Below are positions 63,601 through 64,000 of a DNA stretch of 64,000 bases, in pieces. This stretch comes from Chiloscyllium plagiosum (taxonomy: Eukaryota), in the NCBI RefSeq assembly GCF_004010195.1, contig NC_057719.1:57577023-57641022 (forward strand), written 5' to 3'. Both the position numbers and the translations under genes were made by a program. Below the pieces are notes generated by a model, which saw nothing but the letters and a program-made list of their open reading frames with translations, did not search any database and was not told the origin of the DNA. The stretch's first letter is position 1, and each line of letters starts with the position of its first letter.

Positions 63601-64000
63601 CCATTTCCAGCGTGTCTTTGGCGCACGATTTCGCCTGTTGGTTCTGTGTAACTAAATTTCAAACATGTTTATGAAGAACGGGTTTATGATTTATTTCTAC
63701 AAAACATCTGGGGGAATATATCTCCTCTTGTGCGTCTAAAGTCTTTTAACAATATTTTTAAACGATAGGATTTTAAATAATGAAAAGTTCAGGAATAAGG
63801 TATTATTTTTAAATGTATATATCTGTTGCCAATAAATTAACTGATATTACTGCCACTTCAGAAACAAATTTTTATAATCTTAGGTAATTTAGTAGTCAAA
63901 CAGAAGTGCATTGTTTTCTCATGATAAAGTATGAAGGTGGTTTCATGTCTCGAAACTATGAGCATGTTATTTAGTAATATTTTAAAAGAATGCGCGATTC

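Noticed and set aside
1..64000. Prokaryotic-type systems (CRISPR arrays, operons, defence islands)
   Set aside because: The sequence is vertebrate, with a spliced gene and LINE/SINE repeats; no regularly spaced repeat-spacer array is present.

Overview
Vertebrate genomic DNA, most likely a shark (elasmobranch): it carries HE1-type V-SINEs, HER1/CR1-type LINEs and Penelope-like elements. The only host protein-coding gene is a two-exon NK2 homeobox gene on the minus strand (6713-6335 joined to 5431-4761; 349 aa). It is best called NKX2-1 (TTF-1), although its N-terminal half resembles NKX2-4. The gene sits in an ~11 kb transposon-free, CpG-retaining domain; its proximal promoter and 3' UTR end resemble human NKX2-1 as I recall it. 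From ~11 to ~61 kb the window is a gene desert packed with decayed and nested retroelements (CR1, L2-like, Rex/Babar, Tx1, Penelope, several SINEs). A few repeat-free, CpG-retaining islands there are candidate enhancers, and the last ~3 kb are again repeat-free. The most unusual structures are: (i) minimal hammerhead-ribozyme motifs in Penelope tails, one with an intact core at ~57691; (ii) short fold-back Penelope-tail insertions flanked by target-site duplications (TSDs); (iii) an unclassified 175-bp monomer inserted as a TSD-flanked fold-back at 60281-60688. Repeat family names and comparisons with human sequence come from recall, not from searches; boundaries of old repeats are approximate.
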